Below are positions 39,766 to 49,435 of a stretch of DNA of 64,000 nucleotides, piece by piece. Location of the stretch: assembly GCA_948467605.1 (NCBI GenBank), contig CAOKET010000003.1:9230-73229 (forward strand), given 5' to 3'. Numbering within the stretch: the first letter of the stretch is position 1; each line of letters opens with the position of its first letter. The notes below the pieces were generated by a model. That model was given only the letters and a program-made list of their open reading frames with translations, made no database searches and was not told where the DNA came from. Made by a program: the position numbers and the translations under genes. Origin of the DNA: an uncultured Mycoplasmatota bacterium. GTDB lineage: Bacteria > Bacillota_I > Bacilli_A > RF39 > UBA660.

Positions 39766-40920
39766 ATGGAAGATAAAAATATAGATAAAATAATAGAGGA
39801 CATAAAAAATGATGAATTTATGAACACTTCAGATGAAGTTAAAAAAGATATAACTGAACTAAAAGAAGAAAAATCTAAAAATAAAAAAGAAAGAAAAAAA
39901 ATGGGTAAGTTAAAAAAAGTTTTACTAGCATTTTTAATAGTAATATTATTTGGAGTAGGGAGTAGTTTATTCTTACTTTATGGACCTTGGCCATGGTTTA
40001 GAGAAACACTAATAACAACTGCTATGACAACTATGAATCATCAATATTTAGCAACTTGGTTTTATGATGATGAAACGATTCAAAAAGTATTAAACAATCA
40101 TGCAGTTATAGAATCAGGAGAAGAAACTGATACTAGTCAAATAGTTATAAGTGATGTACCTAATAATATAACTGTATATGAATCAATATATGAAGAACAA
40201 ATATTAAAAAAAGATCCAGATAACGACTTATATAAAATAGTAGAAATACACGAAGCAAAATATAAGGGATATTTAGTTGTAATATACGACCCATCCAAAG
40301 TAAAGATTGCAACAGCAAGTAGTATGGGTAACTCAGGACAATACATCACAAAAATAGCATCTGACAACAATGCGGTTATTGCAATTAACGCATCTGGCTT
40401 TGAAGATCCAAACTGGAATAGTAATGGCGCAAAACCACATGGAATGGTTATAAAAGATGGTAAATTAGTATGGAACAATGTAAGAGCACAAGTTGGTGGG
40501 GGTCTTGTTGGATTTACAAAAGACAATAAACTTATTTTAGGAAGAATGAGTGCACAAGAAGCATTAAACAAAGGTGTAAGAGATGGTATAGAGTTTGGTC
40601 CATACTTAATAGTAAATGGAAAGCCATCATTTATAAAAGGTAATGGTGGATGGGGAATCGCACCAAGAACGGCAATAGGACAAAGACAAGATGGAATAGT
40701 ACTATTCCTAATAATTGATGGAAGGACAACTGCCAGTGTAGGTGCAGATATGGTAGATCTAACTGAAATAATGCAAAGATATAAGGCCTATAATGCCGCT
40801 AACATGGATGGTGGATCATCTACTGCATTAATAGTAAAAAATCAAATACATAATAAACCAGTAGCAAAAGGTAAAAACGGTTTAAGAGGAATACCAACTG
40901 CATGGATAGTGGTAGAATAG
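39766..40920 (+). CDS. Phosphodiester glycosidase family protein (DUF2233/NAGPA-like), membrane anchored
   Basis: The C-terminal ...NAANMDGGSSTALIV... is characteristic. The ORF track starts at the GTG at 39757; the ATG at 39766 has proper spacing from the RBS AGGAG. Confidence 0.6.
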   Translation: MEDKNIDKIIEDIKNDEFMNTSDEVKKDITELKEEKSKNKKERKKMGKLKKVLLAFLIVILFGVGSSLFLLYGPWPWFRETLITTAMTTMNHQYLATWFYDDETIQKVLNNHAVIESGEETDTSQIVISDVPNNITVYESIYEEQILKKDPDNDLYKIVEIHEAKYKGYLVVIYDPSKVKIATASSMGNSGQYITKIASDNNAVIAINASGFEDPNWNSNGAKPHGMVIKDGKLVWNNVRAQVGGGLVGFTKDNKLILGRMSAQEALNKGVRDGIEFGPYLIVNGKPSFIKGNGGWGIAPRTAIGQRQDGIVLFLIIDGRTTASVGADMVDLTEIMQRYKAYNAANMDGGSSTALIVKNQIHNKPVAKGKNGLRGIPTAWIVVE

Positions 40921-40962
40921 AGAATAAATAATTCTCTTTTTATTTTGAACTAGGATCTAATT

Positions 40963-41481
40963 TTAACACTTTTTAGGTGTACCATGCGAAATACTATATT
41001 CACGAGAACCAATAATGTGCTCTTGTACAAGGGGCACATCTTTTTTTCCAATATTACTTATTGCTGGAACCATAATATATTTGTCCTTCTTAATATATGG
41101 CAATAGTTTATCGTTAAAACCTAATTTATATTTTGTATCATACACATATGATTCTAATAATAATTCACAATTAGTATTTACATTTATATCTCTTAACATT
41201 ATTGATAAGTCAGCCAGTTTGCTAAGTGCTAGGGATTTTTTATTTTGTTTAAAAGGTAGAGTCAAGATTTCAGCCAAGAATGTGTCAATTATAAACCATA
41301 ATGGAATAGTTGACAATAATCCTTTAAAAATATCCTCTCCTCTTGCAGCATTCAAAGAGGTATAAACTGTACTTTGAATACATAAATAAGTAAAAACATA
41401 TTTTGTATATTTTTGTAATGAAAAACCAAGTTCGGCTTCCCTTATTTTTGAAAGTAAATCATAATTAATTCTAATTTTCAT
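40963..41481 (-). CDS. Hypothetical protein
   Basis: An RBS GGGGG lies 8 nt before the ATG. The overlapping + strand ORF 41015..41365 has no RBS. Confidence 0.45.
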   Translation of the reverse strand: MKIRINYDLLSKIREAELGFSLQKYTKYVFTYLCIQSTVYTSLNAARGEDIFKGLLSTIPLWFIIDTFLAEILTLPFKQNKKSLALSKLADLSIMLRDINVNTNCELLLESYVYDTKYKLGFNDKLLPYIKKDKYIMVPAISNIGKKDVPLVQEHIIGSREYSISHGTPKKC

Positions 41482-41645
41482 AATATCAACCCCCGTAATT
41501 TAAATACATATTATCACTAATGTTTTAAATTACATTATAATAATACCTATTTAGATAAATGTCAAATATTTTTTTAGTTAACACTTTACAAACTTAATTT
41601 TCTATGTTATTATAACTCTCACAAAAAAGAAAGGGGAATATAAAT

Positions 41646-41876
41646 ATGTTAAAATCTGAGGATTTATATCTTTTAAAACAAGCACTAAATAATTATTCAA
41701 AATCACTAGATAAAAATAATAGGACTAATCGTATTCTAGCAATTGCCAACTTAATAACAGCAGGGGTACTAACACATGAACAAGCACTTAATGATAAGGA
41801 ATATAGAGAGTTTATTGAATCTATGACAAATGTTAAAGATAATAGTGAGCCAATTAAAGCAACTATAAGAAGATAA
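41646..41876 (+). CDS. Small hypothetical protein
   Basis: An RBS AAAGGGGAA, and a terminator at 41876-41897. Confidence 0.4.
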   Translation: MLKSEDLYLLKQALNNYSKSLDKNNRTNRILAIANLITAGVLTHEQALNDKEYREFIESMTNVKDNSEPIKATIRR

Positions 41877-41936
41877 AATGCACTAGCATTTTTTTTCTTT
41901 AGTAGAATATAATACTAAAGAAGTTAGGCGGTTATT

Positions 41937-43124
41937 TTGAAAAACTTTAATGTATTATTTACCTTAAAAATACTAAAAAATATACTTTGGAACTTTTTAG
42001 ATAGTTTCTTTATACTTTATTTTTTAGAAATTTCATATAATAATATTTTTACATTAGGTATATATAAATTAATATATATAACTGTATTATATATTGTTAT
42101 ATTTATATTTAGAAATATATCTAAAAGTAAAAAAAGAATATATTTACTTAAAATAGGTATAATATTTAAATTTATATATTTTTTATTAATATTATTATTA
42201 AAAGAACAAATAGTTAAATATATAATTATTTTAGGAATTATATATGGAGTAGCAGAGGGACTATATTTTTCTATTTATGATGTATTTGAATCAGAAGGAA
42301 TAAATAATAAAGATAGAAATAAATTTTCTGGTTATTATGTTTTTATAAAATCTATTATTTCAATGATATTTCCATTAATATTTGGAGCATTAATAAGTAA
42401 AGAGGGGTTTAATACTTGTATTTTATTAGTACTTACTATTGTAATACTAATGATAATTATGTCATTTTTATATAAAGATGTATTTTTTTATAATGATAAA
42501 AAAACTAATTTAAAACAATACATTAAATTAATAAATAATAATCCATTAATTAAAAGAGTATATAAAATATATATATTTTATGGACTTACATATTCATCAG
42601 GGGCATTATCTAGTATAGTAACACTTTTTATATTAAAAATATTTAATAATAGTTTTAAACTAGGAATATTTACATCAATATTTAGTATTATTACTTGTAT
42701 AATAGGAATACTATTTTCAAAGAAAATAAATAAATACAAATACAATAAATATATTGGTATATCAATGAGTTTTAACATTGTAACATTTTTATTAATGGTA
42801 TTTACATGTAATTATATAACAGTTATATTATTTTACCTTTTTCAAACTATATCAAAAACTTTACTAGGACTTATAAATGATAACACAGTAGCAAACATAT
42901 CTAACATGAAAATAATAAAAGAAAATTATAAAATAGAGTATTTTCTCGGTTGTGAAACTGCATTATTTACTGGTAGATTTATTAGTTATTGTATTTTTAT
43001 AACTATGTCATTTTTTAAAGATTATATAATGTTCTTCGTTATATTATTTATATCATTTTTAATTATACTAACTATTCAGTCAATAAAATTGGTAAAAGAA
43101 TTTAATTATATTGACATTGATTAA
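41937..43124 (+). CDS. Polytopic membrane protein, putative MFS-type transporter
   Basis: About 12 hydrophobic segments. Length 395 aa. Confidence 0.45.
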   Translation: MKNFNVLFTLKILKNILWNFLDSFFILYFLEISYNNIFTLGIYKLIYITVLYIVIFIFRNISKSKKRIYLLKIGIIFKFIYFLLILLLKEQIVKYIIILGIIYGVAEGLYFSIYDVFESEGINNKDRNKFSGYYVFIKSIISMIFPLIFGALISKEGFNTCILLVLTIVILMIIMSFLYKDVFFYNDKKTNLKQYIKLINNNPLIKRVYKIYIFYGLTYSSGALSSIVTLFILKIFNNSFKLGIFTSIFSIITCIIGILFSKKINKYKYNKYIGISMSFNIVTFLLMVFTCNYITVILFYLFQTISKTLLGLINDNTVANISNMKIIKENYKIEYFLGCETALFTGRFISYCIFITMSFFKDYIMFFVILFISFLIILTIQSIKLVKEFNYIDID

Positions 43125-43364
43125 TAACAGATTTTAGTATGAATTGATAGTTACTATAAGGATAAGTGAGTAATAACTATTATTATAGGTATTGCTAAAT
43201 TATTAAAAAGTTTAATATATTAATATATATATTTTTAAAAATATTAATAAAAAATAAGTTTATAAATGAAAAAAACTATGACGAATTCTTTTAGTCATAG
43301 GTCTTATATACTAAATTTATAACAGTTACATACGTACTGTGAAACTTATTTTAAATATATGAAT

Positions 43365-43688
43365 TTATATTTTAAAGTAAGAACCATAATTTCTTTCTGC
43401 TTCACTTTGTAAGGATTCTGCATCATCTTTAATTGCTTGAACAATTCTTTCTTTAGTCCAAATATTTTTTTCGCTTAAGAGTTCTTTTCCACTAACGTAT
43501 ATATTTATCAACGGTACTTTTAAAGAATTCAATGTCATAACAATAAATTTTTGCATTTCTGTTGTTTGTTCCGCTCTAACAAAAAAATCAAAACCAAGAT
43601 AATGAGGACCACTACAACGAATATCTACTGGATCATTATTAACACAATCAACACATATCTTTGAACATTCTATTAATTTATCACTCAT
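43365..43688 (-). CDS. Small Cys-containing hypothetical protein
   Basis: A CxxC-containing N-terminus (CSKICVDCVNNDP). It faintly resembles YuzD-like DUF1462 proteins. Low confidence. Confidence 0.35.
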   Translation of the reverse strand: MSDKLIECSKICVDCVNNDPVDIRCSGPHYLGFDFFVRAEQTTEMQKFIVMTLNSLKVPLINIYVSGKELLSEKNIWTKERIVQAIKDDAESLQSEAERNYGSYFKI

Positions 43689-44398
43689 ACATGAAAACCT
43701 TCCCTTAAAATTTGTATGAAGTTTATTATATATTAATTTTTAATTTTGTCAATTATCTTTTTAACTTTAATGTTAGTATTTAAAAATAGTATAAAAAGTG
43801 CGTTATTAAATATTAAAAATAAAATATTATTTAAAATATAGATTTTAAAATAATTTCTGTAAATTAATGCATTATAGGCAATTATAATTTAAAAAATTTA
43901 GAGGAGAATTATTATTTTAGAAATTACAATTAGTGAAAGTGAGAAAAAATTACTAGAAAACAGTAGTTTAGAAAATGTATTTTTATTTTACATTTCATTA
44001 AGTTATGAAAATATCAAAAGTTCATTAACTTATAATAAGGTAGTTGGAGATGTAACTGTATCTATTAATGAACAAATAAAAAGTTAGAAGATAAGAATTT
44101 TAAAGAGATATGTATATATTATTCATATTCAGATAATGAATATATGTGTAATTTACATTTTTTGATTTTATGATAAAAATATTGATTCCTAATTGTAGAA
44201 TGTACGTTGAAAAGGTTTTGTGGTTTTTATTTAGAATTCTTGCATAGATATTTTAATTAAACAAAATATTATTGAAATATGTAAAATAAAATGGGAAAAA
44301 ATATGCTAGGTGAGGTTAAAGAACAAAAATATATAAGAATCATTAAAGTATAAAATATTATACATGATATAATAGTTTTATAGGAAGGTGATTAATAC

Positions 44399-45010
44399 AT
44401 GAGAATTAAACATCATAAACAAATTGTAGATATGTTGTATAAAGAATGGGACTTAGGTAAAAAATCATCAAAGGCAAAAGGGAAAACATGTGCATGGATA
44501 TATTGGTTTGAAATACTAAATGAAGTAGAAGAAGTAATTACAGAAAAAAAAGATAATAATATTATAGGTATATGTGCTTATTCTAAATGTGGTTCTAAAA
44601 AACATATTATTAGAAAAAAGATATACGAATTGTTAAAAAATCTATTAATTTCTAGTTTTCTTGTGAAGAATAAAGAAAACTTATATAAATATAATAATGA
44701 CTATGATTATTTGCCAAAAGAATTAGAAAACTATTTTGATGGTGAAATAACAATCCTTATTGTAGATAAGCAATATAGAGGTAAACAAATAGGTAAAAAA
44801 CTTTTAAATAAAACATTTGAAATTGCAAAGAATGATAATATTAATAATCTCCAAATATCAACTGATGAATCATGTAATTATAAATTCTATGAAAGTTTAG
44901 GTTGCACAAAAATATATGAAAAAACAATTCCAAATAGAGAAGTAGATAAATGTGGCAATAAAACAACAGAAGAGGGATATATATATGAGAAAAAATTAAG
45001 AAATATATAA
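44399..45010 (+). CDS. GNAT family N-acetyltransferase
   Basis: ...VDKQYRGKQIGKKLLNKTFEIAK... Confidence 0.65.
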   Translation: MRIKHHKQIVDMLYKEWDLGKKSSKAKGKTCAWIYWFEILNEVEEVITEKKDNNIIGICAYSKCGSKKHIIRKKIYELLKNLLISSFLVKNKENLYKYNNDYDYLPKELENYFDGEITILIVDKQYRGKQIGKKLLNKTFEIAKNDNINNLQISTDESCNYKFYESLGCTKIYEKTIPNREVDKCGNKTTEEGYIYEKKLRNI

Positions 45011-45083
45011 AATATGTAAGTTATAAATTGACTTACTATATAAATAAATGATATACTAAACCAACTAAAGGAGAGGACAAGAG

Positions 45084-45746
45084 TTGAGTTTAATAGAAAA
45101 TATTCCGTATAAAAAAAGTTTTATAGTAAAAGATGATTTATCATTATTAGGCAAAAGTCAAACAATATCTATATCAAAATATTTATGTGGAGATATTTAT
45201 GACCGTTATTATTTAAGAGTAAATACAAAAGACGATAATAATAATCCTTTAGATCAAGGGTATCTTTATTTTTATCTAGACTTTGAAAAAAGAAAAAGCG
45301 AATTTATTGGAGTAAAAATATCTCAAGAATATCGAAATTGTGGACTTGCATCTTTACTTATTTCTGTTTGGATACAATTTTGTTTAGATGAAGGATTTTT
45401 AAATTTACAAACAATTTCTAAACAAAGAAAACCATTTGTATTATATCTTTTAAAAAAGTATGAATTTGAGTTAAGAAATTTAACTACTTATCGAACATCA
45501 ACAAGAACAGTTCATATATGTAAAAAAGAAAATGAAGATAGAAAATGTATTATGTTTGAAAATAAACAAGAAGAGAATCGTTTTAGAAATAGCAATATTA
45601 TGAAAACTGATAATTATAGAATTATTGGAAAAGAAGAACAAAATATTAGTATTTTAGATAGTGTTGTTCTATATACGCCATATTTTTTACAAGATCAAGA
45701 AAAAGCATATCAAAAATCTTTACAGTTTTATAATAGTAAAAGATAA
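45084..45746 (+). CDS. GNAT-like acetyltransferase (TTG start)
   Basis: ...ISQEYRNCGLASLLISVWIQFCLDEGF... Confidence 0.45.
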   Translation: MSLIENIPYKKSFIVKDDLSLLGKSQTISISKYLCGDIYDRYYLRVNTKDDNNNPLDQGYLYFYLDFEKRKSEFIGVKISQEYRNCGLASLLISVWIQFCLDEGFLNLQTISKQRKPFVLYLLKKYEFELRNLTTYRTSTRTVHICKKENEDRKCIMFENKQEENRFRNSNIMKTDNYRIIGKEEQNISILDSVVLYTPYFLQDQEKAYQKSLQFYNSKR

Positions 45747-45817
45747 AACATTTATTAAAAAATATATGTTATACTTATAGTGTATTTGTATAAAAAAACT
45801 AAAAATGAGGTAAGTAT

Positions 45818-46606
45818 ATGTATAATATTTATGATGAATTAAATAAAATGATAGATTATATAGAAGAACATATATTAGAAAATATTGATATAAAAGTATT
45901 AACAAAAATCACTGGTTTAAATATAAATACTTTAAAAAGTGTTTTTAGTTGTCTAACTGGTATAAGTATAACAGATTACATAAGATTAAGAAGATTGACT
46001 CTTTCAGTAAGTGATATATTAAAAGGAAAAAGTATTACTGAAGTATCATATAAATACTTATATAATTCACCATCTAGTTATAATAGAGCATTTAAAAAAT
46101 ACGAAGGAATAACACCAAAAGAAATAAAGAGTAATACTAGTAAATTAAAACTATTTAATAAGATTATTTTTAAAGAAAATATAAAAAATTATAATATAGA
46201 TTATAAAATATACAAAAATAAAGAGTTTAATTTATATGGTATTTCAAAAAAAATAGATTTTGAAAGTAGAACTAAAGATATACCAGAGTTTTGGAAAGAA
46301 GTAAAAAATAAATATGAGGAATTTAATTCTAATAAACGATATGGCTTTTTGGATGAATCAAATAATAATGAAATATTATATTTTTGCTTGCTTGAAAAAA
46401 AATTTAAAAGTTCTAAAAAAATAAACATACCAAAATGTAATTATTTTGCTATTAAAATAGATGATTTTAAATCACAAAGTATAATTAATAATATAAATAA
46501 ATGCTTAGATGAATATATAAAGTCCCTTAATTATAAAATATTAGATATGGCTAATATTGAAATATATTATGATAATTATATTGAAATCTTAATACCCATT
46601 ACTTGA
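45818..46606 (+). CDS. AraC-family HTH regulator with a C-terminal GyrI-like effector-binding domain (Rob/BmrR-like)
   Basis: AraC HTH ...ITDYIRLRRLTL...SYNRAFKKYEGITPKEIK, then a ~150 aa GyrI-like C-terminus. Confidence 0.65.
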   Translation: MYNIYDELNKMIDYIEEHILENIDIKVLTKITGLNINTLKSVFSCLTGISITDYIRLRRLTLSVSDILKGKSITEVSYKYLYNSPSSYNRAFKKYEGITPKEIKSNTSKLKLFNKIIFKENIKNYNIDYKIYKNKEFNLYGISKKIDFESRTKDIPEFWKEVKNKYEEFNSNKRYGFLDESNNNEILYFCLLEKKFKSSKKINIPKCNYFAIKIDDFKSQSIINNINKCLDEYIKSLNYKILDMANIEIYYDNYIEILIPIT

Positions 46607-46639
46607 TATTTTTTAATGTAATAATATCAAGTTTTTTTA
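46601..46639 (+). terminator. Terminator after the AraC-like gene
   Basis: ACTTGATATT...AATATCAAGT followed by T7. Confidence 0.5.
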
Positions 46640-46666
46640 TACATTCTTTGGGATAATTATTTAGGG

Positions 46667-48322
46667 ATGTATATGATTAAAGAGTATATAAATATATTTA
46701 AAAATTATTATAAGTTAATTAGTGATGATAAAAGAAAACTTATTCCATATTATATAGGATATTTTCTAGAAGAAATAATTGAATTAATAATACCTATATA
46801 TATTGCAAAAATAACTGAAGATTTAACTAATTCATTATTTATTTCAAGCTTAATTAGTATTGCAATGTATTTCTTTTTAAAAAATGTTAATATTTTAATA
46901 TCATATTTTATTAAAAATACATACACAAACTTCTTTAAAAATAATTATGTTACATTATATAAAAAAATAGTAAAAGAAATATATAACTTTGATGAAGAGT
47001 ATAAGAAGAAGTTTTCAACTGGTAGAATGCTTAACAGTTTGACAAGTGATATTATTAATGTTGGAGAAATGGCTGATGATATATTAACAGTTATTTTGAA
47101 TATTTTAAAAAGCATAATAGTTATAATTTACTTTTTTAAAATTAATATATATCTTTTAATATTTATAATTTTAATTGATATTATTTATATTAAAAGAAGT
47201 AACTATTTAAATAATATGACAATAAAATATTTAAAAAAACAAGTAAATGAAAATGATAAATTAATTGGATTAATTAGTCAAACCATAACTGGCTTAAAAG
47301 ATATTCAAACATTAGGAATATCAAATACAATTAATGATAAATACAATACAATTTATAGATTGTGGAAAAATATGTATAGTAGTAAAAGAAAATACCAAGT
47401 ACATAAACAAACAGTATTAAAATGCCTGTTAATACTAGTTAAAACATCAATATATTTTTTACTAGCATATTTAGTTATGAATAAAGAAATGACTATAGGA
47501 GTAATGTTAATTATAATCTCATATTTTGATTCACTATTTCAATCAAGTGAAAATATTATGCAATCACTAGAAAACATTAAAGAACAAAATGTTTCAGTAA
47601 ATAGAATAAAAGAAATACTAGAATATAATACAGTTAAAGAATATGAAATAAAAAGTTTAAAAAATATAAATGGATTAATAAATTTTAATAACGTAAGTTT
47701 TTCATACAATGATGAAAGATTCTTAGAAAATTTAGAGTTTGTTATTAAACCAAATAAAATAACTGTAATAATAGGTGCAAATGGTACAGGAAAAACTACA
47801 ATAACTAACTTAATATTGCGTTTGTACCAACCAACTAGTGGAGAAATACTACTAGATGGAATAGATATTAATAGTATTGATAAAAAAACATATTTAAAAG
47901 AAATATCAATATTAAACCAAGAAACTTATCTTTTTAACTTAAGTATTAGACAAAACTTTAATTTAATTAATAAAGATATAAATAAACAACAAGAAATATG
48001 TAAGTTTGTTGGAATAGATAAATTTATAAAAAAGTTACCTAAGGGTTATGATACGGTAATAGGCGAGAATTGTAATAATATATCAGGTGGTCAAAAAAAA
48101 TTAATTTCACTAGCAAGAACTTTATTAAAAGGTTCCAAAATATTAATACTAGATGAAGCAACATCTTCTCTTGATACTAATATGACAAAAAATTTTATAA
48201 GTATTTTAAAAAAATTAAAGAAAAATCATACTGTTATTGTAATAACACATAAAAATGCAATTATTGATATAGCAGATGAAATTATAGCAATTGACAAAAG
48301 TAAAAGTAATGTGATTAAATAA
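46667..48322 (+). CDS. ABC exporter (fused permease and ATPase, half-transporter)
   Basis: Six N-terminal TM segments, Walker A GANGTGKTT, signature ISGGQKKLISLAR, Walker B ILILDEATS. Confidence 0.8.
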   Translation: MYMIKEYINIFKNYYKLISDDKRKLIPYYIGYFLEEIIELIIPIYIAKITEDLTNSLFISSLISIAMYFFLKNVNILISYFIKNTYTNFFKNNYVTLYKKIVKEIYNFDEEYKKKFSTGRMLNSLTSDIINVGEMADDILTVILNILKSIIVIIYFFKINIYLLIFIILIDIIYIKRSNYLNNMTIKYLKKQVNENDKLIGLISQTITGLKDIQTLGISNTINDKYNTIYRLWKNMYSSKRKYQVHKQTVLKCLLILVKTSIYFLLAYLVMNKEMTIGVMLIIISYFDSLFQSSENIMQSLENIKEQNVSVNRIKEILEYNTVKEYEIKSLKNINGLINFNNVSFSYNDERFLENLEFVIKPNKITVIIGANGTGKTTITNLILRLYQPTSGEILLDGIDINSIDKKTYLKEISILNQETYLFNLSIRQNFNLINKDINKQQEICKFVGIDKFIKKLPKGYDTVIGENCNNISGGQKKLISLARTLLKGSKILILDEATSSLDTNMTKNFISILKKLKKNHTVIVITHKNAIIDIADEIIAIDKSKSNVIK

Positions 48323-48355
48323 TATTATAAAATATTTGATTTAGGTGGAATAGAA

Positions 48356-49036
48356 ATGATTAGTACAAGCAGTTATAATAATTGGAAAAGTGACAGATAT
48401 ATAACTTATTCTATATCTGGTGATTGTGGAAAAAAAGCAGGATATATTGGAAGAAACTTTAAACAATTAGCACCTAAATTATCATTTTGGCAAGTATGGC
48501 ATGATAATATTGGTGTTATTGAAGAAGAAGAAAATAATAGATATTATATAGAACAGTATTATGAACAAGTATTATCTAAACTTGATCCAGAAGATATTTA
48601 TAGAAAGTTAGATGGTTCTATACTTTTATGTTATGAAGATAACACAGAATTTTGCCATAGACATATAGTTGCAGGATGGTTAGAAATTTTATTAAATATA
48701 GAAGTTCCAGAAAAAATAGCATACGGCTATAATGTAGAAACAGTTGAAAGACCAGATTATATTAAAGAATATTTAGAAAGTGCAATGAGAAAAAATCGTA
48801 ATATGAGGGGATTTAACTCATTAAGAGCATTATATCTATTTGAAAAAGGAGAAAAACTAGAAGAAGAGGCAGCAAGACTAAAGGAATCAAATAATGTAGA
48901 TACTTTTACTGATATAGATACAGGTGAAATAATAGTAACAGCAAGAGAATATATGCAAGAAGCATGCTATTTAAGATGTCGTGCTGATGATGCAGAAGAG
49001 GAATATAATAAAAGACGAGTTAAAGTAAAAGAATAA
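48356..49036 (+). CDS. DUF488-like protein with a C-terminal extension
   Basis: ...LLCYEDNTEFCHRHIVAGWLE... matches the conserved DUF488 core. Confidence 0.5.
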   Translation: MISTSSYNNWKSDRYITYSISGDCGKKAGYIGRNFKQLAPKLSFWQVWHDNIGVIEEEENNRYYIEQYYEQVLSKLDPEDIYRKLDGSILLCYEDNTEFCHRHIVAGWLEILLNIEVPEKIAYGYNVETVERPDYIKEYLESAMRKNRNMRGFNSLRALYLFEKGEKLEEEAARLKESNNVDTFTDIDTGEIIVTAREYMQEACYLRCRADDAEEEYNKRRVKVKE

Positions 49037-49053
49037 TATTGTAATAAGGAAAC

Positions 49054-49082
49054 TTGATAAAATAGTACTAATATGATAAAAT
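49054..49082 (+). promoter_or_regulatory. Candidate promoter TTGATA-17-TAAAAT for a ~110-nt + strand sRNA ending at the terminator at 49160-49199
   Basis: The promoter-to-terminator unit overlaps the 3' end of the minus-strand small ORF transcript. Confidence 0.35.
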
Positions 49083-49111
49083 GTATATGTATGAAGGAAA
49101 CTTCATAAAAT

Positions 49112-49151
49112 AAAAAAGGATACATTTGATTGCTAGAATCAGATGTTATCC
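49112..49151 (-). terminator. Rho-independent terminator of the minus-strand small ORF transcript
   Basis: On the minus strand, GGATAACAT...ATGTATCC followed by T6. Confidence 0.45.
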
Positions 49152-49159
49152 CTTATGGA

Positions 49160-49199
49160 TGGCATCTGAAATCAACTAATGTTGAAATCAGATGTTTTT
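49160..49199 (+). terminator. + strand terminator (CATCTGA...TCAGATG then T5) of the DUF488 3'UTR or candidate sRNA
   Basis: A 7-bp stem, an 18-nt loop, then TTTTTATT. Confidence 0.4.
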
Positions 49200-49200
49200 A

Positions 49201-49278
49201 TTATTTAAATAGTAATGTTATTACTACAAAGAATAATAGTAGAATTATAATAAATTGAGAAGCTTCTCTTTTAGTCAT
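49201..49278 (-). CDS. 25-aa hydrophobic peptide MTKREASQFIIILLLFFVVITLLFK (candidate type I toxin or small membrane peptide)
   Basis: A strong RBS AAAGGTGGTGG lies 7 nt upstream of the ATG. A single TM helix. An extended -10 tgcTACAAT promoter sits at about 49352-49360 on the minus strand. It has its own terminator. Confidence 0.35.
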   Translation of the reverse strand: MTKREASQFIIILLLFFVVITLLFK

Positions 49279-49435
49279 AATTACCACCACCTTTCTTTTA
49301 TCATTAGATAAATAGAAAGGGAAAGCATCTGATATATTTCAAATGTATCCAAATAATATTGTAGCAAACATCCGTTCACAAAACAATAGTTTTAAAATAA
49401 TATAATCAAAATTAAAACATTAAGGGGGAAAAAAT

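Noticed and set aside
41015-41365. 116-aa + strand ORF overlapping the 40963..41481 minus-strand gene
   Set aside because: No RBS, and its composition (MCSCTRGTSFF...) is odd. The minus-strand ORF has a GGGGG RBS at correct spacing and is the better gene model.
43365-43688. Assignment of the 107-aa Cys protein to YuzD/DUF1462
   Set aside because: The resemblance (CxxCVNxP and a C-terminal PLI...TKxxI pattern) is recalled from memory, and the N-terminal beta-strand region does not line up. It is too weak to call without a profile search.
43913-44088. Small open frame (...ILEITISESEKKLLENSSLENVFLFYISLSYENIKSSLTYNKVVGDVTVSINEQIKS) after an RBS-like GAGGAG
   Set aside because: No ATG, GTG or TTG start at a sensible distance (the frame begins ATT ATT TTA). 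It is probably a gene fragment or a chance ORF.
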